Source: Candidatus Bathyarchaeota archaeon
Lineage (GTDB): Archaea; Thermoproteota; Bathyarchaeia; Bathyarchaeales; Bathycorpusculaceae
NCBI GenBank assembly: GCA_963777155.1
Contig: CAVZPM010000038.1
Coordinates: 32,001-96,000, forward strand
Direction of reading: 5' to 3'
DNA length: 64,000 bases
The notes beneath the pieces are model-generated. The model was not told the origin of the DNA. It worked only from the letters and a program-made list of their open reading frames with translations, and made no database searches. Position numbers and translations under genes: made by a program. Positions 1 through 8,999 of this stretch are shown here, one piece after another; positions within the stretch are counted from its first letter, which is position 1, and each line of letters begins with the position of its first letter.

Positions 1-135
1 AGGGATTTGAATAAACCCATGCAAGTTAGCATTGGGGTGGCAAGAGACATTTATTGGGAAATGAAGGCTCGACTTGACGAATTAGGCAAGGAATTGGAAA
101 AGCGAAAAGCACTTGAAGAAGAAACAGAGGAATGA
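1..135 (+). CDS. 3' end of hypothetical protein (partial)
   Basis: Open frame 1 RDLNKPMQ...LEKRKALEEETEE ending TGA at 133-135; charged coiled-coil-like tail. Confidence 0.45.
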   Translation, partial: RDLNKPMQVSIGVARDIYWEMKARLDELGKELEKRKALEEETEE

Positions 136-293
136 ACAGAATTCAGAACCAATCGTCATAAAAAGAAAAGAGGAATTTTGGGTGAAAGCCCTTTTAGAGC
201 GTAGGATCAAATCCCTCCCTGTCCGCTTCCGGAAACGAACGCGTAACTATAGGCAGAAGACAAAATAATTCCAAAAATCAGCCCAAATTCCGT

Positions 294-515
294 TTGAACA
301 GAAATGTTATTCTGGACAAAAGCCAAGGCCAGTCGCAGGGATGCACCCAAAAAATTCTGGAAAAAATTTTGAGCCAAAATGATACAGTACACATTGATTG
401 GGCACTAATCCGCGAGAAGCCTTACAGTTGGGCAAAGCGTCCAAGAGTTGAGGGTTTGCTGAGGCTCCGGAACCAAAATAGGAGAAAAGAGCAAATGCAA
501 AAGCTCTTAAACTGA
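294..515 (+). CDS. hypothetical small protein
   Basis: 73-aa ORF, no recognisable motif. Confidence 0.2.
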   Translation: MNRNVILDKSQGQSQGCTQKILEKILSQNDTVHIDWALIREKPYSWAKRPRVEGLLRLRNQNRRKEQMQKLLN

Positions 516-575
516 TGGCTATTTCAGTGAATTTTGCCAGAGCCTACTCAGCCCCAACTTATCTCCAATGCTATT

Positions 576-600
576 AAAAAACTAAAAAAGGGAGGGAAAG
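576..600 (-). terminator. pyrimidine/oligo-T terminator of beta-propeller gene
   Basis: Minus strand reads CTTTCCCTCCCTTTTTTAGTTTTTT just after the stop; similar tracts follow the other three family members. Confidence 0.5.
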
Positions 601-621
601 TTTTTCCCATTGATTTGCACC

Positions 622-3324
622 TTATGGCCGTTTTCTCATCATTACTACAGCTAGCATAACTAGCACTATAATGATTAAGACAAACAGACCAGCAGTTGCC
701 GGTAGGAAGTATTGATCAGCCATAGATTGAGCCTGTGTTGGTTGCGGTGTTGCTGTTGCTGCTGGTGTTGCTGCGTAGAATGAGGTTGAGGCTGATGTTG
801 GCCAGTATGAGTTAGAGCCATCGAAACTGGCGAAGAGTGTATAGTCGCCTGAGATGTCTGGTGTCCATGTGTAACCGAATGTTCCACTAGGAGTACTTAC
901 TGTGGTGCCGATTGCTCGGTAGTTGCCGTTTTGGTCAAGAACGCTCAGTGTGATCGGAACGCCTGTTACGTCGGTTGGCATCGGCTGGTCCTGATAGACA
1001 TGCTCCATAAATTTGCTCTGGCTTGCATCTGAGATGCATGGTACGCCGTTGGGGAAGTTCTTGGCAACTTCAGATTGTGCAACGCCTGCTGAAACATCGG
1101 TTATGCTGCCTGTGATGCGTATCGGTGTGCCAGTGGTTACTCCAAGGTCAGGAGCATTAACTGTTATCTTTGTGGGTCCCTTGCCGAAAGCGTAAATTTG
1201 GTTGTCGTAGGCATTTAGTGATAGTAAGACGCCGTTTGCGATTGCTACTGAGCGGATGTAGGCGCCCAGTTCGCCCCAAGCCAGTGAGCCGTCGGTCATG
1301 TTTATAGCTAATAGTTGTCCTCCGTGGAAGAGTGGCGGGTTGTATTCGTGTCCGATTGCTATGTATGCGACTTCTGGTGTGTAGGCTTGCGAGCTGAAGA
1401 CCCAGAGTGGCCAGGTGCCGTATGGTGTTTCTATGCCTGAGTCGCCGATTAAGCTGGTGGTGTTGGTGTACCACTTTTCTTGGCCAGTTTTTCCGTTGTA
1501 TGCCCAGATGTCTCCTCCTAAACCGAAGAGAATAAGTGTGCCGTTAACTGGTGCGGCTTTAAAGCCAAATGTGTCGAAGGTGTTTGTGGTGCCGGAGGGA
1601 GTATCGAGGGTTGATGACCATGCTTTCTGTCCTGTGCGGATATCGAAGGCGTCAATTTTGTTGTTAACCACGTTGGCTATCACTCTGTTGCCGTCGATGT
1701 TGCAGCTGGTTGTTCTAGTGTAGGGTAGCAGGGATTGGTAGCCATCTGCGTATGTGAAGTTCTTGCACATCAAGATGTCGCCTGTTGTGTCATCCATGCT
1801 AGCTACTACTAGCCAACCGGATGTTTCGTCTCCGCCGCCTTGCATGATGGTGTATCCGCCTGTAAGAACTACTGCGTCGCCGCCGAGTGGGTTGATTGCA
1901 TCCATAGCGAGTGCTGGGCTGATCGTTTTGCCGTCGATTTGAGTGGGTACTGGTTTTGCCCACATGACACCTGTACCGAAGTCAATTGCGGTGTTCTTTG
2001 ATGGAGACCATCCCCATGAATTACCTAACGCCTGCGAGAAGTTGAAGCAGCACAGGACTGGGTGGCCTGCAGTGATGTTCACTACGCCTGTAACAGGTGA
2101 AGAACCAAATGTCGGGGCAGGACCGTATGTTCTCATTGTGCCAACAGTACTGTTGAGATAGTAGCCAATCAGGTCTCCCTGAGAATCTTCCTTCAGCGTT
2201 AATGACGAGCCGTTAACTATGCTTAGCACATACTGGCCAGTCTCAGCAGAGTATAGGTTGTACGCTGTGCGCCCTCCTGTACTTTGGATCAGGTTTCCAC
2301 CGGTTTCTGATGTAGGAAGGTTACCTGTAGTCCAGATGTATGGGCCGATTACGCCATACATGTTTATGGTCTTCCACTGGGTGGTCATTCCGCATCTTAG
2401 GATCGAGGTTGTGTTGATTGTCCATAGGGTTTCGCCTGTGTAGAGATCTGTGCAGACTATGCCGTTTGAGTAGCCTGTGGTTTCTGGGTAGTATGTCGAG
2501 TACATTTTCCCATTCATGATTACTGGTGCATATTGTGGCCAGTATTGTCTTGTTGACCAGTAGCTGCCTGTGTCTTCGGTTCCGCCTGCGCTGCCGCCTA
2601 CGACGCCACCTGCGCCCCAGGTTTTAGTCCAGAGGATGTGTCCGGATGTTACTGATGGGGTGTAGGGGTTGCATAAGCTGCTGACGTTGTATGCTCCTGT
2701 TGAGGCAAAGGTTATGGTGCCGAGTCCAAGCCAGGGTCCCATTATCTTGTACCAGTTTTGGACGTTTTGAGCTGATACTGGTGTTTCCCAGTAACTTGTT
2801 GGTAGGGGAGTTAATGGGTATGTTGTTTGGATTATGGGTTCTTGTTGAACGACAAGTGTATATACTGTGCTTATGCTGGGGTCTTCTATGAGTCCTCCAT
2901 TAGTTGGTGGTCCTCCTCCGAATCCTGAACTGCCTGCGGTGACTTGTCCGCCGTAGAACATTTGGAATGCCCAGTTGCCGATTTTGTCGGGGACGAAGCT
3001 GAGGAAGGTTCCTCCAGTTGTATCGCCTGTATATGGACCCATTGTTTTTACTTGACCCGTTGGATCAGTGATTTTGACTGTCATGTTTACTGGGCGGCTG
3101 CTGTCTATGAGTGGTGTCGCAAGGTAAAAGTTGACGCTGACTGCCTGTCCGACGCCGATTGGGTTGGGTGCTACGTTGATTTTTGCGTAGGTTGGTATGT
3201 GCGTGCCAGCTGGAATACTTTGCTGGCCGCTTGCCAATGGTAATGGTACTGAAAATATAGAAGCTACAACACAGATGATTAAAAATGCAGTCATTGTTGC
3301 TAAAGTTATTTTAGTGTTTTTCAA
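622..3324 (-). CDS. secreted PQQ-like beta-propeller repeat surface protein with C-terminal membrane anchor
   Basis: 900 aa; N-terminal signal peptide; W-containing propeller repeats (TGETLW, TGQKAW, TGQEKW, DGSLAW); Ig-like ends; Thr/Pro linker; TM helix plus RKRP tail; GGAG RBS before TTG. Confidence 0.85.
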   Translation of the reverse strand: MKNTKITLATMTAFLIICVVASIFSVPLPLASGQQSIPAGTHIPTYAKINVAPNPIGVGQAVSVNFYLATPLIDSSRPVNMTVKITDPTGQVKTMGPYTGDTTGGTFLSFVPDKIGNWAFQMFYGGQVTAGSSGFGGGPPTNGGLIEDPSISTVYTLVVQQEPIIQTTYPLTPLPTSYWETPVSAQNVQNWYKIMGPWLGLGTITFASTGAYNVSSLCNPYTPSVTSGHILWTKTWGAGGVVGGSAGGTEDTGSYWSTRQYWPQYAPVIMNGKMYSTYYPETTGYSNGIVCTDLYTGETLWTINTTSILRCGMTTQWKTINMYGVIGPYIWTTGNLPTSETGGNLIQSTGGRTAYNLYSAETGQYVLSIVNGSSLTLKEDSQGDLIGYYLNSTVGTMRTYGPAPTFGSSPVTGVVNITAGHPVLCCFNFSQALGNSWGWSPSKNTAIDFGTGVMWAKPVPTQIDGKTISPALAMDAINPLGGDAVVLTGGYTIMQGGGDETSGWLVVASMDDTTGDILMCKNFTYADGYQSLLPYTRTTSCNIDGNRVIANVVNNKIDAFDIRTGQKAWSSTLDTPSGTTNTFDTFGFKAAPVNGTLILFGLGGDIWAYNGKTGQEKWYTNTTSLIGDSGIETPYGTWPLWVFSSQAYTPEVAYIAIGHEYNPPLFHGGQLLAINMTDGSLAWGELGAYIRSVAIANGVLLSLNAYDNQIYAFGKGPTKITVNAPDLGVTTGTPIRITGSITDVSAGVAQSEVAKNFPNGVPCISDASQSKFMEHVYQDQPMPTDVTGVPITLSVLDQNGNYRAIGTTVSTPSGTFGYTWTPDISGDYTLFASFDGSNSYWPTSASTSFYAATPAATATPQPTQAQSMADQYFLPATAGLFVLIIIVLVMLAVVMMRKRP

Positions 3325-3632
3325 TTTTGTTTTTCTCCTTAATTCTGTAGTTTTGCTTCTCTGATTTTTGAGTATTTATGTTTTGGCAAAATATCAAAAA
3401 TATTGACATAAATTTCAGTATTTTGGCATTAATTCCGAAAATATCACCATAATTTTTGTATTCATAAAAACATTACAAGTCACAGTGCAAGGTAATCCAA
3501 AATCTTCAATCTGATTTAATTACGAAGAAATAAAGTCTTCAAAACGGTATTAATTTGGAAAAATTAATTTAGGTTACCCCCGATGATATTAAAAGCTGAA
3601 CCCCAAACTACACGAATCATCAACTCGGATGG

Positions 3633-4607
3633 ATAATAATAGATAAAGAAATTGACGAGATTGACGCTAGAATAATAGAAAATCTACTGGCAGATGCAAG
3701 AAAAAGTTTTCGTGAAATCGCACAGGACTGTAATTTATCCGTTACAACAATATGGGATCGCTTTGGGAAACTAGCAAATGCAGGAATCATCACCGGTTCA
3801 ACAATTCTAGTAAATCACAGAGTTTTAGGTAGCAAGATGACATGTAGTATTATAGTGGCTGTACATAAAGAGGAAATCAAACAAGTCTTTGAATATTTTC
3901 AAAAACTGCCTTTCAAAATAGGGCTAATATACCAAGATCCAAAAAATCGCATTGGTCTTATTGTTGGTCTGAATCACCCAGATGACCTAGGCAAGTTGAA
4001 AGAAAGCATAAAAAGGAACACTTTTGTTACCGATGTCAGGATTGACGTTTGGACTGGCATCAAGAATCTAATTGCGAATGTGGAGATAGGACAACAAGGT
4101 AATAAAAAAAGAGACATTAAACCATTTGAAAAACATGTCATTGAAGAGTATGATTTAGACGACATTGACCATCGACTGATTGATGCTTTAATTCTGAATA
4201 GTATTCAGCCATTTGGCAAACTTTCAGAACAGATAGGAGTTTCAGTCAACACAGTATCAAGAAGATACAAGAAATTGATCGATTGTGGCGTAATTAAATC
4301 TGCAATTCAAATCAATGTTCTGAAACTTGGCTATTGTGCAAATGTCAGTTTTGCCTTATCTTTTTCGTCCCAAGTTGACCAAAGTGACGCGATAAAAGAA
4401 GTTCTAGCAATAAAAAATAATTACCTTACAATAAAATTAAACGGTCCATACGATTTGATTATTCATGTACTATTAAGAGACCTCAATCAATTACTTCTTA
4501 CCCAGAAACAGATTGCAGATTTACCCGGAATATCAAGGTTTGAAATGCTGATATATCCTGCTATTCCACAGTGGCCCGTCAGCGGCGGTTATATATCGAC
4601 ATTTTAG
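3633..4607 (+). CDS. Lrp/AsnC family regulator with two tandem HTH-ligand-binding units
   Basis: The frame of ORF 3837-4607 stays open upstream to 3600 and encodes a first AsnC HTH (IDEIDARIIENLLADARKSFREIAQDC); second HTH LDDIDHRLIDAL...VSVNTVSRRYKKL; start uncertain (ATA codon or frameshift). Confidence 0.85.
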   Translation: MIIDKEIDEIDARIIENLLADARKSFREIAQDCNLSVTTIWDRFGKLANAGIITGSTILVNHRVLGSKMTCSIIVAVHKEEIKQVFEYFQKLPFKIGLIYQDPKNRIGLIVGLNHPDDLGKLKESIKRNTFVTDVRIDVWTGIKNLIANVEIGQQGNKKRDIKPFEKHVIEEYDLDDIDHRLIDALILNSIQPFGKLSEQIGVSVNTVSRRYKKLIDCGVIKSAIQINVLKLGYCANVSFALSFSSQVDQSDAIKEVLAIKNNYLTIKLNGPYDLIIHVLLRDLNQLLLTQKQIADLPGISRFEMLIYPAIPQWPVSGGYISTF

Positions 4608-5174
4608 TTTACCTTCAACCGATTGAAATCTGAGGTAATAATGGTTTTCGAAAATGTGGAATTAATACAGTTACTTACGAATCTAATTCACGATACAAAA
4701 CAGACCCGTGTTTTATCATTAACTTTTTGAACTTTTCCGTTTTTTTAATCATCAAATTATCTGTTTAAGCAATCTTGAACTAAAAGCTAAAAAAATCCTG
4801 GGAGAACTTTCTTTCAAAAGAAAAAAGAGGTAATCTGGTGATATCTCCACTTTGCGAGGGGTTCAAATCCCCCCTGTTCACAAGAATAACTCCAGGACAT
4901 TTTGGGATTTATTTTCTTTTTCTGAAAAGCATGTTTTCGCCGGAGTCTACCACTTCACAGAGTATTTAGCCCTATAAGCTTATAGATTCTTTCAAAAAAA
5001 CTTTTGTTATTCTTCTTGCGGCAAGGACCCAATTACTAAGAAAAAGATAATTTGTGAAATGGGAATAAGGGTTAAACAAAAACCAGTAATTAAAATGTTA
5101 TTTCCATAAGTAGAGCCAAAATCAAAAAGAAAAAGGATTTGTTAATTGAGTAAAGATGTTATAAGCTTAAGAGC

Positions 5175-5318
5175 TTAATATCTGCGTGGTGGTCTTCGTT
5201 TTGAGTAGCATTCTCGGCAGTATACTGGCCTGCTTCCGTCTGGTTTGAATGGAACGTCGCATTCTTTTCCGCAGTCTGCGCAGGTTGCCTTGTGCATCTC
5301 TTTATTGCCATATGACAT
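5175..5318 (-). CDS. CxxC-x17-CxxC zinc-ribbon small protein
   Basis: Hand translation, 47 aa, MSYGNKEMHKATCADCGKECDVPFKPDGSRPVYCRECYSKRRPPRRY; hallmark VPFKP...RPVYC; absent from ORF track. Confidence 0.9.
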   Translation of the reverse strand: MSYGNKEMHKATCADCGKECDVPFKPDGSRPVYCRECYSKRRPPRRY

Positions 5319-5718
5319 TTCTATTTTTCACTTCCTTTTACTACTTTGCAAATTCCTCTGCATGCTTGTGTAGCGCGGTGCTTACACTAAAACTTATCCG
5401 TTAAAAAAAAGCTTTCCGAGGTCGTTATTGCTTTCACTCACAAACAACCCCCCAACCGCAAGCCACGAAAACTGTGCGATAATAACCGCAGAGGTAGCGT
5501 GTATTTTCATATTCTTATATCTCGTTAATTATTCCAAAGTTAAAGAAAGAGTTATGCGAGTGAATCCTTTTCTCTGTCCTGGTTTCAAATCCCCCAGTCC
5601 GCTTAATTCTTGAAACTATCTGTTAAAATCAGTTGTCTCCCTGGCCATCAATGAGTCGGCGGGGCAACTTCAGGGTTAATTTATTAACGCATTGGAATTG
5701 CAGATTTGCTTGGAAGAA

Positions 5719-6339
5719 TTAAGGAGAGGGAGCGTAGTATGAAATGGGTGTGGCTTGAAACCAAGCATCAGGGTTCTGGAACTTTACAAATGGCACATTG
5801 CTTTCCTGTTTCTTTTCAGCAGTTAATTGATTAATTGTTTGAAGTATCTCAATGTGACGTTCTTCATCTGTAATAATTTTTAAGAATATCTTTTTTATTT
5901 TAGTTAAATCAACAGAATATTTCTCATTTATAAAAGCTGTCATCCTTTCAAGCGTCTGCATTTGTATCAGCATGTAGTATTCTTCGCCCATCTGACTTTC
6001 CAAGGTAATTAGAATTTCACTTATTTTCGGCAAATTCTCTGAGGAGACTTTCTCTATCTTTGCGAGGTCTTTAATGAAATTAGTTATAGTTTTCAGCGTC
6101 GGGTTGTTTTTTTGGCATTCTTTTAGTTTACACTTCGGTTACCTGAAGCTGTTACTTACTCCACTAAGCATAATGGAATGTTTTTGGCTATCTAACTCAA
6201 TTTCTTTTAAGAGTGTTTTTACTAGAGGAATATCAACTTTATCACATAAAGCTCCGTATAGTAAACTAGTCTGGTTCTCTAGGATACTCTGGCAATTTAG
6301 GTATTCCGAAATCTTGTCTGCTTCATTGTTACTCATCAA
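5719..6339 (-). pseudogene. ferritin-like/rubrerythrin superfamily protein, disrupted
   Basis: Two ORFs with ExxH-type helices (DSQKH, DEERH) separated by an in-frame TAA at 6139-6141 and a frameshift near the T run at about 6107-6112. Confidence 0.6.
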
Positions 6340-6429
6340 TAACTGCTTCCTGAATGTTTAGACCTTTTTTTCCATATATTGTTTATGAACTCTCAATAAG
6401 TAAGTTACGACATTTTCATCTACTCAAGA

Positions 6430-6450
6430 CTGACAGAACTATTCTGTCAG
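6430..6450. promoter_or_regulatory. palindromic putative operator
   Basis: CTGACAGAA-CTA-TTCTGTCAG perfect 9-bp inverted repeat between divergent genes. Confidence 0.4.
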
Positions 6451-6621
6451 ACGAGATTTTATTTTCCACGAGTTTTTACAGCAAAGAAGAACAGGCAACA
6501 AGTTGATCTTTTAACGCACCCTTGCACGCCCTGGCTTTTAATAGAAAAGGGCAAATACAAAGCATCCCTAGATTAATCGAGTAATTAATGCTACATAGAC
6601 GCGTCGGTGATAGGTGAAAAG

Positions 6622-7503
6622 ATGAAAATAGTTAAGTATCAATACAAAGGCAAAGAAAACTATGGCATCATACAGTCTGAGAAGCTTATGTGTCTTACTG
6701 ATTTAGCCAAAAACTATGAAATCGATTTGCCTAACACAATTGAAGATTTTATCAAAAGTCCAACAGCTGAGAAAAATGCAGACAGAATACTTGCGGAAAC
6801 GACAAGCAGTGAACTCGATGCATTTTCTATACCTACAAGTAAGACAAAACTTCTGACGCCAATAATTTCTCCACCCAAAATACTCTGTTTAGGTCTAAAC
6901 TATGCTAGTCATGTGAATGAAACAAAAGAAAAAAGACCTGAGCAGCCAGTTGTTTTCATGAAACCAAATACAACTGTAATTGGACCCAATGACAAAATAA
7001 TCAAACGCCCTTTTGTGGAACAACTCGACTATGAAGCTGAACTTGCAATAGTCATAGGCAAGCAAGCTAAAGATATCGCCATTTCGGAGGCGCCTAACTA
7101 TGTTTTTGGCTACACTATACTAAACGATGTTTCAGCTCGGGATTTCCAGTTTAAAGGGAGCCAATGGACCCCTGGTAAAAGCTTCGATACTTTTGCACCT
7201 ATCGGTCCTTGCATAACCACAAGAAAGCAAGTGCCCAACATTAACAACCTTGCAATCAAGACATGGGTAAATGGAGAATTGCGCCAAGACGGTAACACGC
7301 GGGATATGATTTTTAGCGTTAGCGAAATAATCTACCATTTAAGCCGAATCATGACGTTAAAACCATGCGACATAATCGCAACAGGTACCCCATCTGGTGT
7401 AGGAATGGCTATGCGACCGCAAAAATGGCTAAACAGCAACGACAAAGTTAAGATAGAAATTGAAGGTATAGGTATTTTAGATAACACCGTTGAAGAGAAA
7501 TAG
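6622..7503 (+). CDS. fumarylacetoacetate hydrolase family protein
   Basis: Motifs KILCLGLNY, DYEAEL, NDVSARD, GKSFDTFAPIGP, ATGTPSGVG; AGGTGA RBS before ATG 6622. Confidence 0.95.
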   Translation: MKIVKYQYKGKENYGIIQSEKLMCLTDLAKNYEIDLPNTIEDFIKSPTAEKNADRILAETTSSELDAFSIPTSKTKLLTPIISPPKILCLGLNYASHVNETKEKRPEQPVVFMKPNTTVIGPNDKIIKRPFVEQLDYEAELAIVIGKQAKDIAISEAPNYVFGYTILNDVSARDFQFKGSQWTPGKSFDTFAPIGPCITTRKQVPNINNLAIKTWVNGELRQDGNTRDMIFSVSEIIYHLSRIMTLKPCDIIATGTPSGVGMAMRPQKWLNSNDKVKIEIEGIGILDNTVEEK

Positions 7504-7647
7504 GCTTACTTGTCGGATAGTTCTGGGATCTGCTGAGTCAACAAAGAACAGTTTACAGAAATACTCTGCTGATAATTAACCAGTTTAACTGATACGGTTA
7601 GGTTATTAAGGGAGAAATCGCTTAGTTTAAATCCAGGTGATTTTCTT

Positions 7648-7977
7648 TTGGTTTTAGCAAGAATGAGTAAATGGACTTTTAAAAAAGATAAACGGAAAGA
7701 AGCTTTCTTAGAGCTAGACCATTTGTTAAATACTTTAGTCCATCAAACTGAGGGATTTCGAGGCTCCATGGCGATGCTTTCTCAAGATTTGAACTCTGCA
7801 ACAATCTTAACTCTATGGGTAGACATAGAGGCATTAAACAGATCAGAAAAAGACGTATTCAAGCAAGCCATCAAAAAAGTCCAAGATCTACTTGAGTGCC
7901 CTCCACAAATTGATAACTTCATGATTTTCCGAACAGAGCTCTTTCAAAGTTCACAATGGCCTACTCACTGGGGTTAA
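7648..7977 (+). CDS. ABM-like dimeric alpha-beta barrel protein
   Basis: 109 aa, ARMSKW...EGFRG...TLW pattern; AGGTGA RBS. Confidence 0.6.
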   Translation: MVLARMSKWTFKKDKRKEAFLELDHLLNTLVHQTEGFRGSMAMLSQDLNSATILTLWVDIEALNRSEKDVFKQAIKKVQDLLECPPQIDNFMIFRTELFQSSQWPTHWG

Positions 7978-8191
7978 TTAGCACAGAACATTTCGACATA
8001 GCACCGTTTAGATACAGTCAGCAACAAAGTCGCAGATAGTCTGCTAAACCAAGAGCCTTTCATTCAACTCTCCACACCTGCTTCCGATTATTCTTAAAAT
8101 TCAATCGATAATTAGAATTGATTTGAAAAACAAGACGAATTGTTGTTCTAAAAGAGCTAAAAAGAAGAATGGGATTGTTTTGATTTTAGCC

Positions 8192-8371
8192 TTATGGGTG
8201 TTTCCTGAGGAGTAACACTGTCGCCACGGCAACTGCTAGAATGATTGCGATTGCCGCGATTGCTGTGTAGGTCATCAAGTCTGTTGTAGTTGCTATATTT
8301 GATATTGGAGTGGCTGTTGGCGCTGGAGTAACTGATTCGCTGACGTGGAAGGATGTTTCAGCAGCTTTTTT
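8192..8371 (-). pseudogene. orphan C-terminal fragment of beta-propeller surface protein family
   Basis: Hand translation AAETSFHVSESVTPAPTATPISNIATTTDLMTYTAIAAIAIILAVAVATVLLLRKHP*; same linker-TM-RKHP layout as paralogs; no in-frame start. Confidence 0.7.
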
Positions 8372-8797
8372 TCAAGGACAAAATTTGTGAAATAAACTTA
8401 AAACAAATGGATTGAATAACTAAGAAAATGAAGTAGGGATTTTTATTTGAAATTTTTGTAAGCGCTTCTGGATCATAATTACTAATTTAACACTGGCAAT
8501 TGCTATTCAAAAATTTTTGCCAATACCTTATGTGAAATACACTTCAGTTGGTGGAAGCACAGTTAATGGATATGGTGAATCTGTTGGATCTACTGGGTTA
8601 TAACAAAGGATGCTTCAGCGGGTGATAGCCAATATGATTTGCTAACGCTAAATATCGCATATACCAAGTATATCTGTTGTTATTGATAGCTGTAGTGTCA
8701 ATTTGCACGGTTGTTGCAGTATCAAAGATGGTACTGTGATAAAGAGAAAAGATATGTTAGGTTTTTTCGGTTTAAGTAGCGTTAAAAAAATAAAGAG

Positions 8798-8866
8798 CTA
8801 CTTCTTTCCGGTTTTTTCTTCGTGTTTTTTCTTTTTTGCTGCATTCTTTTTTGCTAACGATGGCAT
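8798..8866 (-). CDS. 22-aa lysine-rich small protein
   Basis: MPSLAKKNAAKKKKHEEKTGKK; GAGGA RBS upstream and T-run terminator directly downstream. Confidence 0.45.
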   Translation of the reverse strand: MPSLAKKNAAKKKKHEEKTGKK

Positions 8867-8999
8867 AATATTCCTCAGTTAATTCCTTGCTACATTATTA
8901 TGCAGTAAAGCGCCTAAAAGCTTAACTATCAAAAAAACAGGTAGATGAATTAAATTATATATAATGGATCATACAGTTTCATGAAAAGCATAGTTAACT

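Noticed and set aside
675-3243. Numerous 60-140-aa alternate-frame and antisense ORFs here and inside other long genes
   Set aside because: Shadow ORFs of well-supported genes with no independent motifs
622-3324. Diversity-generating retroelement target
   Set aside because: No reverse transcriptase and no near-identical TR/VR pair with adenine-specific differences; paralogs are broadly diverged
8428-8740. Possible decayed secreted-protein gene
   Set aside because: Only short broken frames with a hydrophobic end; cannot be supported without a homology search
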